38,773 nucleotides of DNA from NCBI RefSeq assembly GCF_001194135.2, contig NC_068981.1, positions 167,969,830-168,008,602 on the forward strand, in the 5' to 3' direction. The notes under the pieces were generated by a model. The model did no database searches. It saw only the letters and a list, made by a program, of their open reading frames with translations, and was not told where the DNA came from. Origin of the DNA: Octopus bimaculoides (lineage: Eukaryota). This document shows, in pieces, positions 23,457 to 35,331 of this stretch. Position 1 is the stretch's first letter; each line of letters begins with the position of its first letter. Position numbers and translations under genes: made by a program.

Positions 23457-23851
23457 AAATTCAAAATAAGCAACACGGATTTTAAAGATGATTGCAGTAC
23501 GCACGTTTCATGCTACTCCATTTATTTAAGTAATGCAAGTATTACATTAAATGCAATATGTAGAGCAATCTTCAGCTGCACAAAAATGCAGAAAAATTAC
23601 AGTAGAATACACATGCTAGCCTTGGCTATGTCAAGATGGATTTTTATGTATTCTTCTTCCCACTTGGATTTTAAATCTTGCCACAATTATAATTTGTCTA
23701 TTCTACTGTAGTTTTTCTACATTTTTGTGCAGCTGAAGATTGCTCTACATATTGCATTCAATGTAATGCTTGCATTACTTAAATAAATGGAGTAGCATGA
23801 AACGTGCGTACTGCAATCATCCTTAAAATCCGTGTTGCTTATTTTGAATTT
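23457..23851. repeat. Long inverted repeat (fold-back/MITE-like): 153-bp arms, 89-bp spacer
   Basis: Left arm 23457-23609 versus the reverse complement of 23699-23851: 5 mismatches by eye, all transitions. Confidence 0.93.
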
Positions 23852-24131
23852 TTGATCACCTTGCTCTTAGAATGGTTTTTGGATAATACCATACTATATT
23901 CTGGTGCCTAAACATAAGTACCACATTCAATTTTGAATCTAAATCTAAATATATATATAGAGAGAGAGATTTATACCAAAATTTGGCAAAAATATTGTAT
24001 CTGTTAACAAACGTAGCAAAATACTCACAAGTATGTATATATGTATATATATATATGTATATATATGTGTGTGTATATATATATATATATGTCTATACCT
24101 TAGCGTAATATAAATTTATAAATTTATATTA

Positions 24132-24192
<61 letters not shown>

Positions 24193-24744
24193 ATATATAA
24201 ATATAAATGTGTGTGTGTGTGTATATATGTATATATGCGTGTGTTTGTATGTATGTCTGTATGTATGTATGTGTACAAATACATAGCATATATTTACAGT
24301 TGCGATTAGATGTATATAATATATATGTGTGTGTTTGCGTTTGTTCGCACATACCTTAAATTCGGTGTACCGTTTTCTTTATGGCTTCTTTTGTGGTTGT
24401 TATTATTGTCTATACAAGTAATAATACCGGATCTGTTCTTGTTTTAATTTCCAGTTAACTTGATACTATTAAAGCAGTATAGGAATTTAACATAAATTCC
24501 AATATTTGGTTAATATATTCTGTTTTGTATGTTTTTATTCTATGTTATTTTGTATATTTTGTTTCCATTCATTTCTTTATTTTATTGTTAATACAAGCAT
24601 TACTACTTTTATTACTGTTATTAAATAACAGTAATAATAACAACGATAATAGTAATAATAATAATAACAATAATAATTATTGTTATAACTATTATTGTTA
24701 TTGTTTTAGTTGTCACTGTAGTGTTGTGATTGTTGTTATTATTT

Positions 24745-24756
24745 GTATTATTATTA

Positions 24757-24794
<38 letters not shown>

Positions 24795-24848
24795 TATTTA
24801 TTTTTATTATTATTATCATTATTATCATCATTATTATTATTATTATTA

Positions 24849-24900
<52 letters not shown>

Positions 24901-24902
24901 CA

Positions 24903-24939
<37 letters not shown>

Positions 24940-25007
24940 CATCATCATCATCATAATCTTCATCATTATTATAATTATTATCCTTATCATTGGTATTATT
25001 ATTATTA

Positions 25008-25092
<85 letters not shown>

Positions 25093-25110
25093 TAGCATTA
25101 TTATCATTCT
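24745..25110. repeat. Long (ATT)n/(ATC)n microsatellite
   Basis: Directly visible. It explains the poly-I/L/Y ORFs in this region. Confidence 0.97.
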
Positions 25111-25594
25111 TCTTATCATTATTGTGTCTTTTAAGACTCTAAAATACTTATTCTATAAGAGATTATATATAGCTCTGATTCTACGCTTGATAATTCGGTT
25201 TTGGGTTGTTCTTTAGTTTTACATTCGCTTTTATTCAGATTTCTTATGTATCTGCTGCCACTGCTGTTGCTGCAGCTGCTGCTGCTGTTGTTGCTATTGT
25301 TATCAATGTGATTCTTTCTATTGTACCTGGTGTTTGTATTTTAAATTTTTTTTGTATACTTTCTTCGGTTTTTTTTTCTCTTAAATTCGAAACTGAATTT
25401 TCGAATTGGTTAAGAAATTAGCATTCAGATTAAAAAGAAAAGGTAAATTGTAGACAAATAACTAAATAACGCACACACATATGTGTGTGTATGTATGTAT
25501 ATATGTATGTACACACACATATTTGTATATCTACAAACATATGCATATATGCACACACAGAGACACACATAAACACACACACATATACCTATGC

Positions 25595-25645
<51 letters not shown>

Positions 25646-26242
25646 NNNNNNNNNNNNNNNNNNNNNNNNNNNNNNNNNNNNNNNNNNNNNNNNNNNNNNN
25701 NNNNNNNNNNNNNNNNNNNNNNNNNNNNNNNNNNNNNNNNNNNNNNNNNNNNNNNNNNNNNNNNNNNNNNNNNNNNNNNNNNNNNNNNNNNNNNNNNNNN
25801 NNNNNNNNNNNNNNNNNNNNNNNNNNNNNNNNNNNNNNNNNNNNNNNNNNNNNNNNNNNNNNNNNNNNNNNNNNNNNNNNNNNNNNNNNNNNNNNNNNNN
25901 NNNNNNNNNNNNNNNNNNNNNNNNNNNNNNNNNNNNNNNNNNNNNNNNNNNNNNNNNNNNNNNNNNNNNNNNNNNNNNNNNNNNNNNNNNNNNNNNNNNN
26001 NNNNNNNNNNNNNNNNNNNNNNNNNNNNNNNNNNNNNNNNNNNNNNNNNNNNNNNNNNNNNNNNNNNNNNNNNNNNNNNNNNNNNNNNNNNNNNNNNNNN
26101 NNNNNNNNNNNNNNNNNNNNNNNNNNNNNNNNNNNNNNNNNNNNNNNNNNNNNNNNNNNNNNNNNNNNNNNNNNNNNNNNNNNNNNNNNNNNNNNNNNNN
26201 NNNNNNNNNNNNNNNNNNNNNNNNNNNNNNNNNNNNNNNNNN

Positions 26243-26287
<45 letters not shown>

Positions 26288-26710
26288 TGTGTTGTGCGTT
26301 GTATGTGTGTGTGCTCGCGCGCATGTGATGTCAACTATACAATTCGCATCTTCCATCTCTCATTCAAAATAGTGTGCCGTTCATAATTTGATGCTATTTT
26401 CTCGATATTTAATCCATTGTATAGCGCTGTGCAATGACCAAAGGCTTGTGTACTATCTGAGCACGTATATATTGGCGTATTGATGGGACAAGCATAGCTG
26501 TTCTGCTCTTTTATCGAAAGAGAAAGGCTATATTTGATAGACTAGTGAGATTGGAGTAATCAGCAGAGCACTAAAGACAGGAGCTTTGAATATACATACA
26601 TACATTTGTACATACATACATACATACATATGTCTGTGTGCATGTACACAGAGAGAGGGAGATGGGAGAGAGAGGGAGAGGGGAGAGAGAGGGAGAGGGG
26701 AGAGAGAGGG

Positions 26711-27337
26711 ATCTTACTATGACTTTGTGTGGCTTTTACTTCATCGAAGCTGATAAGCCCACACAAAGTTGAGATCACAATTCAACTGGTTGCTATACCC
26801 ATAAGTCCTCTGAAGAACAAAGAGTGTTTTGAAGGATTGCTTAAAATACCTTATTTTACAAAGAAACTTTGTTCATATGGTCTATGTGTATTTTACGTGA
26901 ATATATTTCATAAAATGTTATGATGTAACTTTAAATGCTNNNNNNNNNNNNNNNNNNNNNNNNNNNNNNNNNNNNNNNNNNNNNNNNNNNNNNNNNNNNN
27001 NNNNNNNNNNNNNNNNNNNNNNNNNNNNNNNNNNNNNNNNNNNNNNNAGAGAGAGGGAGAGGGGAGAGAGAGGGAGAGGGGAGAGAGAGGGAGAGGGGAG
27101 AGAGAGGGATCTTACTATGACTTTGTGTGGCTTTTACTTCATCGAAGCTGATAAGCCCACACAAAGTTGAGATCACAATTCAACTGGTTGCTATACCCAT
27201 AAGTCCTCTGAAGAACAAAGAGTGTTTTGAAGGATTGCTTAAAATACCTTATTTTACAAAGAAACTTTGTTCATATGGTCTATGTGTATTTTACGTGAAT
27301 ATATTTCATAAAATGTTATGATGTAACTTTAAATGCT
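26711..27337 (+). repeat. 229-bp direct duplication flanking an N gap (probable assembly artefact)
   Basis: 26711-26939 appears identical to 27109-27337 (offset 398). Both copies are preceded by the same GA-rich tract, and the first ends exactly at the gap. Confidence 0.85.
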
Positions 27338-27637
27338 GTCAATTTACTGCTAAATACACAAAACCATTGAAAGTTATGTGCACAGTTACAGCTTGATGCC
27401 TATTGGGTAAAGCCTTGACCATTCAGCTAGCAGAGTTTGTTTTGTGGTTTCATAGAACAAAGACAGACTACGACCTTTGCAAGCCCGCCCAGACAAGTCT
27501 AATAACATTTGCAACTTGACATCAACAGGAATAAACGTGGAGAATGTGGGAACTACAAGGAGTTGACGCTTTGTGAGAATATGATTGATACGGTGTCTAA
27601 GGAGTGGAATGAACGCTATAGGCCTGAGCGGGACTAA
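27135..27637 (+). pseudogene. Possible decayed piggyBac-like transposase C-terminus
   Basis: Interrupted frames give YFTKKLCSYGLCVFYVN (cf. WxKKLFFxxLDxxxxN), SRVCFV and ECGNYKELTLC...KEWNERY* (cf. the piggyBac Cys-rich domain). By-eye similarity only; no TIR or TTAA found. Confidence 0.25.
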
Positions 27638-28597
27638 TATGCAATAGCATAATTCTAAAATGCAAAGAGCTTTGTAGGATTAATGAAAAAAGTAAGAAGA
27701 GAAGACAGCGCATCTTTAAGATAAAGGTTGTAGAATATTAGTGAGATAATCAGTGCGAATCGGTCGCCTGCGACACAATAAATATATGAATATTTGATGA
27801 GAGTGAGAAGCAAAAACACTGCAAACGATTTTCTTTCCAGAATTTCAACAGAGAGCAACGAGGGCATTTTGGCTTTATCATTTTTAATGATTCACTCCGG
27901 AACATTGTGTACTTGGCTTGATCACCGCTAAACATTGGAATAAGAATCTCTGAGGTTGCTAAAATATGCGGTGACAATATCCAGCACAAACAATGGTTCA
28001 CTTCACTTATATCGCCCTGTATGTCTGTAACCTACATTTGGCAATTGTTTAAGTATCGTGGCCACCATCCCTATTAAAGATTTGCGATTGACTGTCCCGC
28101 GAATTATATATAAGTAAAGAAAATAACATATACAAATATGTGAATAAGTATGTTATAAGTATATTTATTGATGTGTGTGTGCGTGTTCCCGTGATCCTTT
28201 GCTGCTTAATATACAAGACGTGGCAAAAAGCATATCACTACCAATATGTCATTCAGAAGATGAAACGTTAATGTCTTACATATCTTATTGTTTGAAACTA
28301 AACTCAAGAAAAAAAAAACGATAATAAAACGATAAAATGGAAAAAAAAACATTAATAAAAAAAGTTTGAATTCGAACACGGTCGTGTCTTTAATATAATA
28401 TGCTTGAAAGAAAACCTGTACCCAGTAAGCATAAACATGTGTGCAAGAGTACATACAAATATGTACATATATATATATATATCTACGGGCGTATGTATAT
28501 ATATATACATATTGATTGATATATATGTACATGAGCACAAAATATGACACGCCAATGTACATAAATCCAAAAGTAAATACATGTACGCACATACACT

Positions 28598-28602
28598 CTC
28601 TG

Positions 28603-28680
<78 letters not shown>
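28598..28680. repeat. (CT)n microsatellite
   Basis: Directly visible. Confidence 0.97.
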
Positions 28681-29697
28681 ACTATCTATCTCTGTCATAC
28701 GTATGCGTATAGATATGCATGTATATGACTATGCGCATTATTTACATGCATTCATATATGTATGTACACGTGTTTGTGAGTGAGTATATATATATATATA
28801 TCTATATGAATATACATATAAAAACACATATATACATACACGTGTACATATATGCATTTATATGTGTGTACACACACACACACATATATATATATNNNNN
28901 NNNNNNNNNNNNNNNNNNNNNNNNNNNNNNNNNNNNNNNNNNNNNNNNNNNNNNNNNNNNNNNNNNNNNNNNNNNNNNNNNNNNNNNNNNNNNNNNNNNN
29001 NNNNNNNNNNNNNNNNNNNNNNNNNNNNNNNNNNNNNNNNNNNNNNNNNNNNNNNNNNNNNNNNNNNNNNNNNNNNNNNNNNNNNNNNNNNNNNNNNNNN
29101 NNNNNNNNNNNNNNNNNNNNNNNNNNNNNNNNNNNNNNNNNNNNNNNNNNNNNNNNNNNNNNNNNNNNNNNNNNNNNNNNNNNNNNNNNNNNNNNNNNNN
29201 NNNNNNNNNNNNNNNNNNNNNNNNNNNNNNNNNNNNNNNNNNNNNNNNNNNNNNNNNNNNNNNNNNNNNNNNNNNNNNNNNNNNNNNNNNNNNNNNNNNN
29301 NNNNNNNNNNNNNNNNNNNNNNNNNNNNNNNNNNNNNNNNNNNNNNNNNNNNNNNNNNNNNNNNNNNNNNNNNNNNNNNNNNNNNNNNNNNNNNNNNNNN
29401 NNNNNNNNNNNNNNNNNNNNNNNNNNNNNNNNNNTGTATTCTTGTGAGGCTTATCTATATTTATTTTTTTTAATTGAATAACTAAAAAACAAAATAGATA
29501 CATGTATACTGTTTTGTTTAGTTTTCATCAAGAAATTTATAAAAATTAATTTTTAAAAAATGACAAGATAAAAAAAAAATCTAAATTTCTGTCTGTCGGA
29601 ATTATACGATTATCTTGACGATAGATCTTAATTTTTGCGATGGGACTAAAAAAAATGACGAAATAATCAGTCAGAGGTCGGGTGTTTTTATTTGTAT

Positions 29698-29732
<35 letters not shown>

Positions 29733-29892
29733 CTTATTTATTTGTTTATTTTGCTTAAATCATCATTTATGGTTTCTCTTCGCAGCAGAGTCCTCTTCCG
29801 AATGCTTTCAAAAGATTGGACTCCACTGAAGGTCCTCAAAGGTGTTAAACCGAACGATTAATTACTTAACCACCTCAAATACTGTTTAATAA

Positions 29893-30020
29893 GCGGGATT
29901 TACTTTGTTTCCGTCTACTCTATTTCACATACAAAGCTTGAGTCAACTCGAAGCCTTAGCAGAAGATACGTCTTCGAGTTACTATCAAATAGGATCAAAC
30001 TCAGAAACATATAATCGTTT
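29893..30020 (-). mobile_element. Degenerate copy of a second SINE-like family (family 2)
   Basis: The reverse complement ...tcttctgc...ttgtatgtgaaatagagtagacggaaac...aatccc aligns by eye with 31200-31310 on the + strand and resembles an octopus SINE I recall. Confidence 0.45.
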
Positions 30021-30119
30021 AATTTCCTTCGATCCATAATAAAAATCATAGAATTTTTTGTTTTGTTTTGTTTTTTTCGTTTTTTTTTAGTGCATAAAGG
30101 TAGTCAATATTAACAAACA

Positions 30120-30509
30120 ACAAATTGTGTTGTAGATTCGTTGTATCCAGTAGAAGTTCACAGCAATTCAATAGAACAGCTCAAATAGAACAATCTTCAC
30201 ACACATCACACACCCAATACAATAAACCCCTAATGATTTAAAACAAAACAATTCGATCAATATGTACTATACAAGATAAATACCCAAAAAATAACACAGC
30301 CCACATAACAAACACGGCACACAACAGAAAATACCCCAATATAACAAGAAACTGAAAATAAACTTCTAACAAAACATACTGATGCAGTACAACAACAGGA
30401 GGAGTCTACACTCCTCCAATCTCCAGAAAAATATTGCGATGCTGCACACTCCTCAGGAACAGAAATGTACCTGATGATGCTGTAGAACCTTGCATAAAAC
30501 CAAATGATG

Positions 30510-30510
<1 letters not shown>
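30120..30510 (+). mobile_element. Possible Penelope-like element 3'/pLTR relic
   Basis: A/C-rich strand bias, a short frame IEQSSHTSHTQYNKPLMI faintly like PLE endonuclease C-termini, and a cctgatgatgc...gcataaaac motif resembling an eroded hammerhead core. Weak. Confidence 0.22.

Positions 30511-30563
<53 letters not shown>
30509..30563. repeat. (ATA)n microsatellite
   Basis: Directly visible. Confidence 0.97.
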
Positions 30564-30565
<2 letters not shown>

Positions 30566-30929
30566 TTTTTCCAGTTAAAAACCAGTCTGTCGTCGAATAA
30601 CTGTGACCTGATTATACTAACGCACTACTTTATTGCATTACAAAAAACAAATGGCGTCTTTCAAATATTTATTGTCCAAATTTTTAACTAAATTATTTTT
30701 CGGTTGTTTTTGTTTGTTTCCTTCATGGCATTGACTGATAGAATCCGTACAATCTGTCAAAAAGTATTGCAGTATTTCGTTATGTTCTTTGGTGTCCCGC
30801 TTATTCGATTTTATCGTTTATTCTTCCTGATGTGCGATAAATTAAATGCTAGAGTCAAATCCATCGTCTGCATTCCAGTGAAATATGAAACCTTGTGCCG
30901 GTATTGGTAATCGGTATTCAGAAGGCTGA

Positions 30930-31110
30930 TGAAGCTTTCAAAATTGCTAGTTGATTGCTTGACTAAAACCATTCACTTTACGTACTTCTAGACGCTGAGT
31001 TCAAATACAACGGATCGACTGTACATTTAATTCCTTATGTGTCTCATTTAATTAAATAAATACCATTAATATACTGTGTTGGATTTAATCCTCAACACTC
31101 CTTTCCTAGA
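30930..31110 (+). mobile_element. Highly degenerate SINE family 1 copy
   Basis: ctgagttcaaatac at about 30995 followed by aaataaatacca...tactg. Boundaries approximate. Confidence 0.4.
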
Positions 31111-31199
31111 AATCACTATTTATATTACTGATATTGAAATGAAGGCGTTTTTATGTAGGGTTTAGTTATATAAGGTGTGAGTAATACAGCCGAATGTTT

Positions 31200-31310
31200 A
31201 AGAAGTTCCTTTCACAACCTGAGAAAATATCGTTTTCTGTAATCTCGGATCAACCCATAAACTTGTGAATGAAATTGGGGCTGATGGAAACTGATTAGAA
31301 TCCCATTGGG
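31200..31310 (+). mobile_element. Degenerate SINE-like family 2 copy
   Basis: ttttctgt...cttgtgaatgaaattgg...gatggaaactg...aatccc, similar to the reverse complement of 29893-30020. Confidence 0.4.
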
Positions 31311-31599
31311 TGGGTTGTACCGGTTAATTAATGGGGTACAATCGAGTCACACACTGTTCCATGCTAAGTTTGACTGAAAATCACACTAAGGGTACACGCT
31401 TCTGTAGAATGCTCATTGACTTGCACGGTAATTCAGGAACAGATAATTCACTTGACTGAACTACTGCATCCTCATCATCGATCAACGGGGATCTACACCC
31501 ACCAAGTTAATTTTGTTCCATCCTACCCAATACTCAACAAATACGAAATTTGCATAATTGATGTTATTTTAAATTTTGAAAAAAAAAACGCGATATATA

Positions 31600-31723
31600 C
31601 AGGGTGTCCATAAAGTCTGGGTACATGGCGTAAATAAAAATCATAACATAATTAAATATAAGAAATAATAATTTCTTAAAGTATGTGTTAATCCCCATGT
31701 ACCCAGACTTTGTGGACACCCTG
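31600..31723. mobile_element. Tc1/mariner-type MITE, 124 bp, TA target-site duplication
   Basis: 29-bp TIRs cagggtgtccataaagtctgggtacatgg (31600-31628) and ccatgtacccagactttgtggacaccctg (31695-31723), 28/29 match. TA at 31598-31599 and 31724-31725. Confidence 0.92.
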
Positions 31724-31894
31724 TAGTTTTAGTTATGGATTTTGAGACGAACAATTTAATGCTGTGAGTAAATTCAAATTTCGAAATAAAGTGTCAGTTT
31801 TCAGAGAGAACTATAGAGCGGTTTCAACTTCCCATGTTATTTGTTTCAAACTGTGGCAAATAATTATTACGATATTATTGTGAGGACCTTGGAG

Positions 31895-32095
31895 TATGGG
31901 ATCGTAAGAGTGGCGGGTAAAATACCTTACAATAATTAGCAATGGCACATTACGTTCTGAGTTCAAATCTCGCTGAGGTCGCATTTCATCGCTCCGAGGT
32001 CAATAAAATATTTACCAGTCAAATACTGAGGTCGATATAATCGACTGTTACCTCTCTACACAATATGTAGTTTTGTGTCTACATAAGGAATCATA
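31895..32095 (+). mobile_element. Diverged SINE family 1 copy
   Basis: tacgttctgagttcaaatctcgctgaggtc...tttcatc...gaggtcaataaaat...accagtcaaatactgaggtcgatataatcgact. Confidence 0.8.
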
Positions 32096-32107
32096 ATCGT
32101 ATGGACA

Positions 32108-32490
32108 GTAGAGTTGAAGAATCGGTTGATCGCCTATCAAAATGCTTCAGTGTAGTTAAAATAAGACTTTGGTCGACTTAGTTTTTCTACTAAGATCAAT
32201 TTTACCACTCATCCCCCTCCAGTCGATAAAACAGGTACATGTCCCATGTTAAGATCCGATTAAGTCATTTCCACTCTTTTCCTAAAACTCTGTGGCCTTG
32301 TCCTGATAGATGACAGAAATAGTAGTTGAACAAAATACTTTGTATTTAAGAATTCAGCTCAACTCTTTCATCCTTCTGGAATCGATAAAATGAATTTCAA
32401 GAAGTTTGGATTCGATTAAACCATCTTTGAAATTCCCCCCCCCCAACCAACCAACCTACACGCAAATGTTTTGAATTGTGCCTGCATTAG
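32108..32490 (+). mobile_element. Two further degenerate SINE family 1 copies in tandem
   Basis: tcatccc...gtcgataaaacaggtac...tggccttgtc (to about 32310) and tttcatccttctggaatcgataaaatg...ttgtgcc (about 32345-32490). Confidence 0.55.
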
Positions 32491-33690
32491 ACGTCAGTCT
32501 CTGTATTATCGTAGCTCCAACACAGTAAAGCCAAAACTCGATTAACAGTTAAGCCAGTCAAACTGTATTTTCTATCGATAATGCCTTTTCCAAAGGCATA
32601 GATGCCCCACTATCTTAGTCCCGTATCTTATACGTTTGTCGACCTGTTATTTACTTAGTAAACACCATAAACCATAAAACAGTGATGAAATTATGATTTA
32701 GTAGTCCTTAAGTCCTTATCATTTCCTTAAAAACGAGCAATTTATAACAATCTATTGCCTTCTTTTTCTATTCTCGCATGGGTTTATTCCTCTCTCTCTC
32801 TATCTATCTATCTATCTATCTATCAAACTATCTGTCTCTATCTCTCTCTTTATCTCTTTCTTTCTTTCTCCCTCCTTCTGACTCTGTCTCTTTTCTCTTC
32901 TTTCTTTCTTGATAAAGCTCTTTCTCCCTTACTATTTCACCCTGCCTTTCAGTTGTATGTATATTTATCAATTTTCTAGCCTTTGTTGTCAATTTATTAC
33001 AGCGAAATTCGACAACTTGGCTATCTATTTATCTATGTATCTATCTATCTATATATGTATGTATGTATGTATCTATGTATGTATGTATGTATATATATAT
33101 ATATATATNNNNNNNNNNNNNNNNNNNNNNNNNNNNNNNNNNNNNNNNNNNNNNNNNNNNNNNNNNNNNNNNNNNNNNNNNNNNNNNNNNNNNNNNNNNN
33201 NNNNNNNNNNNNNNNNNNNNNNNNNNNNNNNNNNNNNNNNNNNNNNNNNNNNNNNNNNNNNNNNNNNNNNNNNNNNNNNNNNNNNNNNNNNNNNNNNNNN
33301 NNNNNNNNNNNNNNNNNNNNNNNNNNNNNNNNNNNNNNNNNNNNNNNNNNNNTATATATATATATAATATAATATAATATAGGATAAAATCTTTATAAGA
33401 ATTTATCAAGTAGTCTATATATATATATGTACATACATATACATATATACATCGATTTATCTACATGTTTGTCTGATTTCATATCTGTATCTACGTATCA
33501 ATTTCTCAATCTATCTATTTGGTTATTTGTCTACATGTCTATCTATATGTCTATTTTTTCTTCATTCTTTAAATCTTCAAAGGAGGAATTTTACTTCAAT
33601 GAATGTTCTTTAAACATAGACACATACATGCACACACGCACACACACACACACGAACAGACACACACATACACATACATACATACATACA

Positions 33691-33721
<31 letters not shown>

Positions 33722-33740
33722 GTATGTATATATATATGTG

Positions 33741-33789
<49 letters not shown>

Positions 33790-33894
33790 ATACAAATATG
33801 TGTACATGTTAGTATATATGTATTTGTGTATTCTGAGTGTGTTTGTGTGTGTGCATGTGTGTGTGTGTGCATCTGTGTGTATATGTGCATGTAA

Positions 33895-34110
33895 TATTCG
33901 CCAAAATCGATAATAGCCTTGGACAAAATGCTTTGTAGTATTTAGCTATTACTCTGTATTATTTGAGTCCAAACACCGTCGAGTTCAAGTTTGCCTCTTA
34001 TCCTACCCCTGTCGATAAAATAGAGTACCAATCAAGTACTGGCGCGTATTTAATCAGTTGACCCTTTTCCTCAAATTTCTAGTCTTGTGCCTACGTTAAA
34101 AATTATTAGT
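33895..34110 (+). mobile_element. Diverged SINE family 1 copy (tail type A)
   Basis: ggacaaaatgcttt...gagtccaaac...gtcgataaaatagagtaccaatcaagtactgg...aaatttctagtcttgtgccta. Confidence 0.75.
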
Positions 34111-34329
34111 GATTCATTATCCTGTTCCAAAAACGAATCAAACACCCAATCTTCTCTCCCTTACATTAGAGACCTCCTAATTTTTCCTCAAAATGAATGT
34201 AATCCAAGTTAGTACGATTTTCACGATACCATGCATTTCAGGACTGACTGTCTGATGCAGTCCTGTATAGTACTGTGTCTTACAAAAAGTTAATATTTAC
34301 CACAGTGTTTTTAGAAGTTTTATGCGATT

Positions 34330-34452
34330 TTCTAATGCATCAATAGATACATTCTCCATGTTCTAATGCATCACTAGATGCATTCTCCATGTTCTAATGC
34401 ATCACTAGATGCATTCTCCGTGTTCTAATGCATCACTAGATGCATTTCCGTG
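34330..34452. repeat. 31-bp minisatellite x4 with an internal 8-bp palindrome
   Basis: Unit ttctaatgcatcactagatgcattctccatg at 34330, 34361, 34392 and 34423 (the last is 30 bp). Stem AATGCATC/GATGCATT with loop ACTA. Confidence 0.95.
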
Positions 34453-35224
34453 TTTTCTGTAGACAGAATTGGTTTGCAGTATTCTGAGATTTGCTATGTT
34501 GTTTCTCGCATCGTTTTAGTGTCAGGTCTGTTGTGTAGAATATGTTACAATATGAACTGTGTTGTTGTTTGGGTGTTATTAGTATTGTATATGTTGCGTG
34601 CTTGGTGTTATGTATCTCTACAGAAACTGCACTGTGGTATATGTTTTAATGGATCACATCTGTGTAGAATGCGAGATATATAATTTGTTGGTGTGAAATG
34701 TCGAGTTTCAGTTATGTAATGGTAAGAGCTTTTGATACTTTTTAATAGTGATTGCGTAGAATATGTATTGTGTTATAATGGCTAATCCGTAGAGTATACG
34801 TCGCGTGAACTAAGTTATAGTAACAGAATAGTTATTGCATAGGGTATGTGTTGGGTGCAGAGATTTACTGTTGGACCTGTTCTAATGCATTGACAATATC
34901 TTGAGACAGATGTGGTCGTCTTTTAGAGCGAATGTAACATTGAAAGCCCTGTATGCTTTATATGATACTTTTGTTCATATTTTAAGCATACCTAGTGCTC
35001 CCATTATTATTCGTGCGGTTCCACATCCTACTTACTTGCATTTCAAGACTCTTTGAAAGCTTCTCTTTTCAGCCAATGTTTTAGTCAGAAAGGACTGAGA
35101 TGTGTATCAGAGTGCACATACATTCGTTCCTGCCATTAATTATTTTGTCTGGACGGTTTGTCTTGATCTCGTTGCCAAACTGAACAGTCCATTCCAGACT
35201 GTATTAATATATTTATGGATTAAT

Positions 35225-35300
35225 ATATTCGTGGTTGGATATTTGGTTGGCTGGAGGAATGAATGGGCGAACAGATTCATAGATTAATGGATGGGTGGAC

Positions 35301-35331
<31 letters not shown>

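Noticed and set aside
27750-28001. Minus-strand ORF with FSGDQAKY resembling Tc1 FSDESKF
   Set aside because: A single weak motif; the downstream WGC and QDNA motifs are not recognisable.
34330-34452. CRISPR array
   Set aside because: The repeats are directly adjacent with no unique spacers, no cas genes are present, and the context is eukaryotic.
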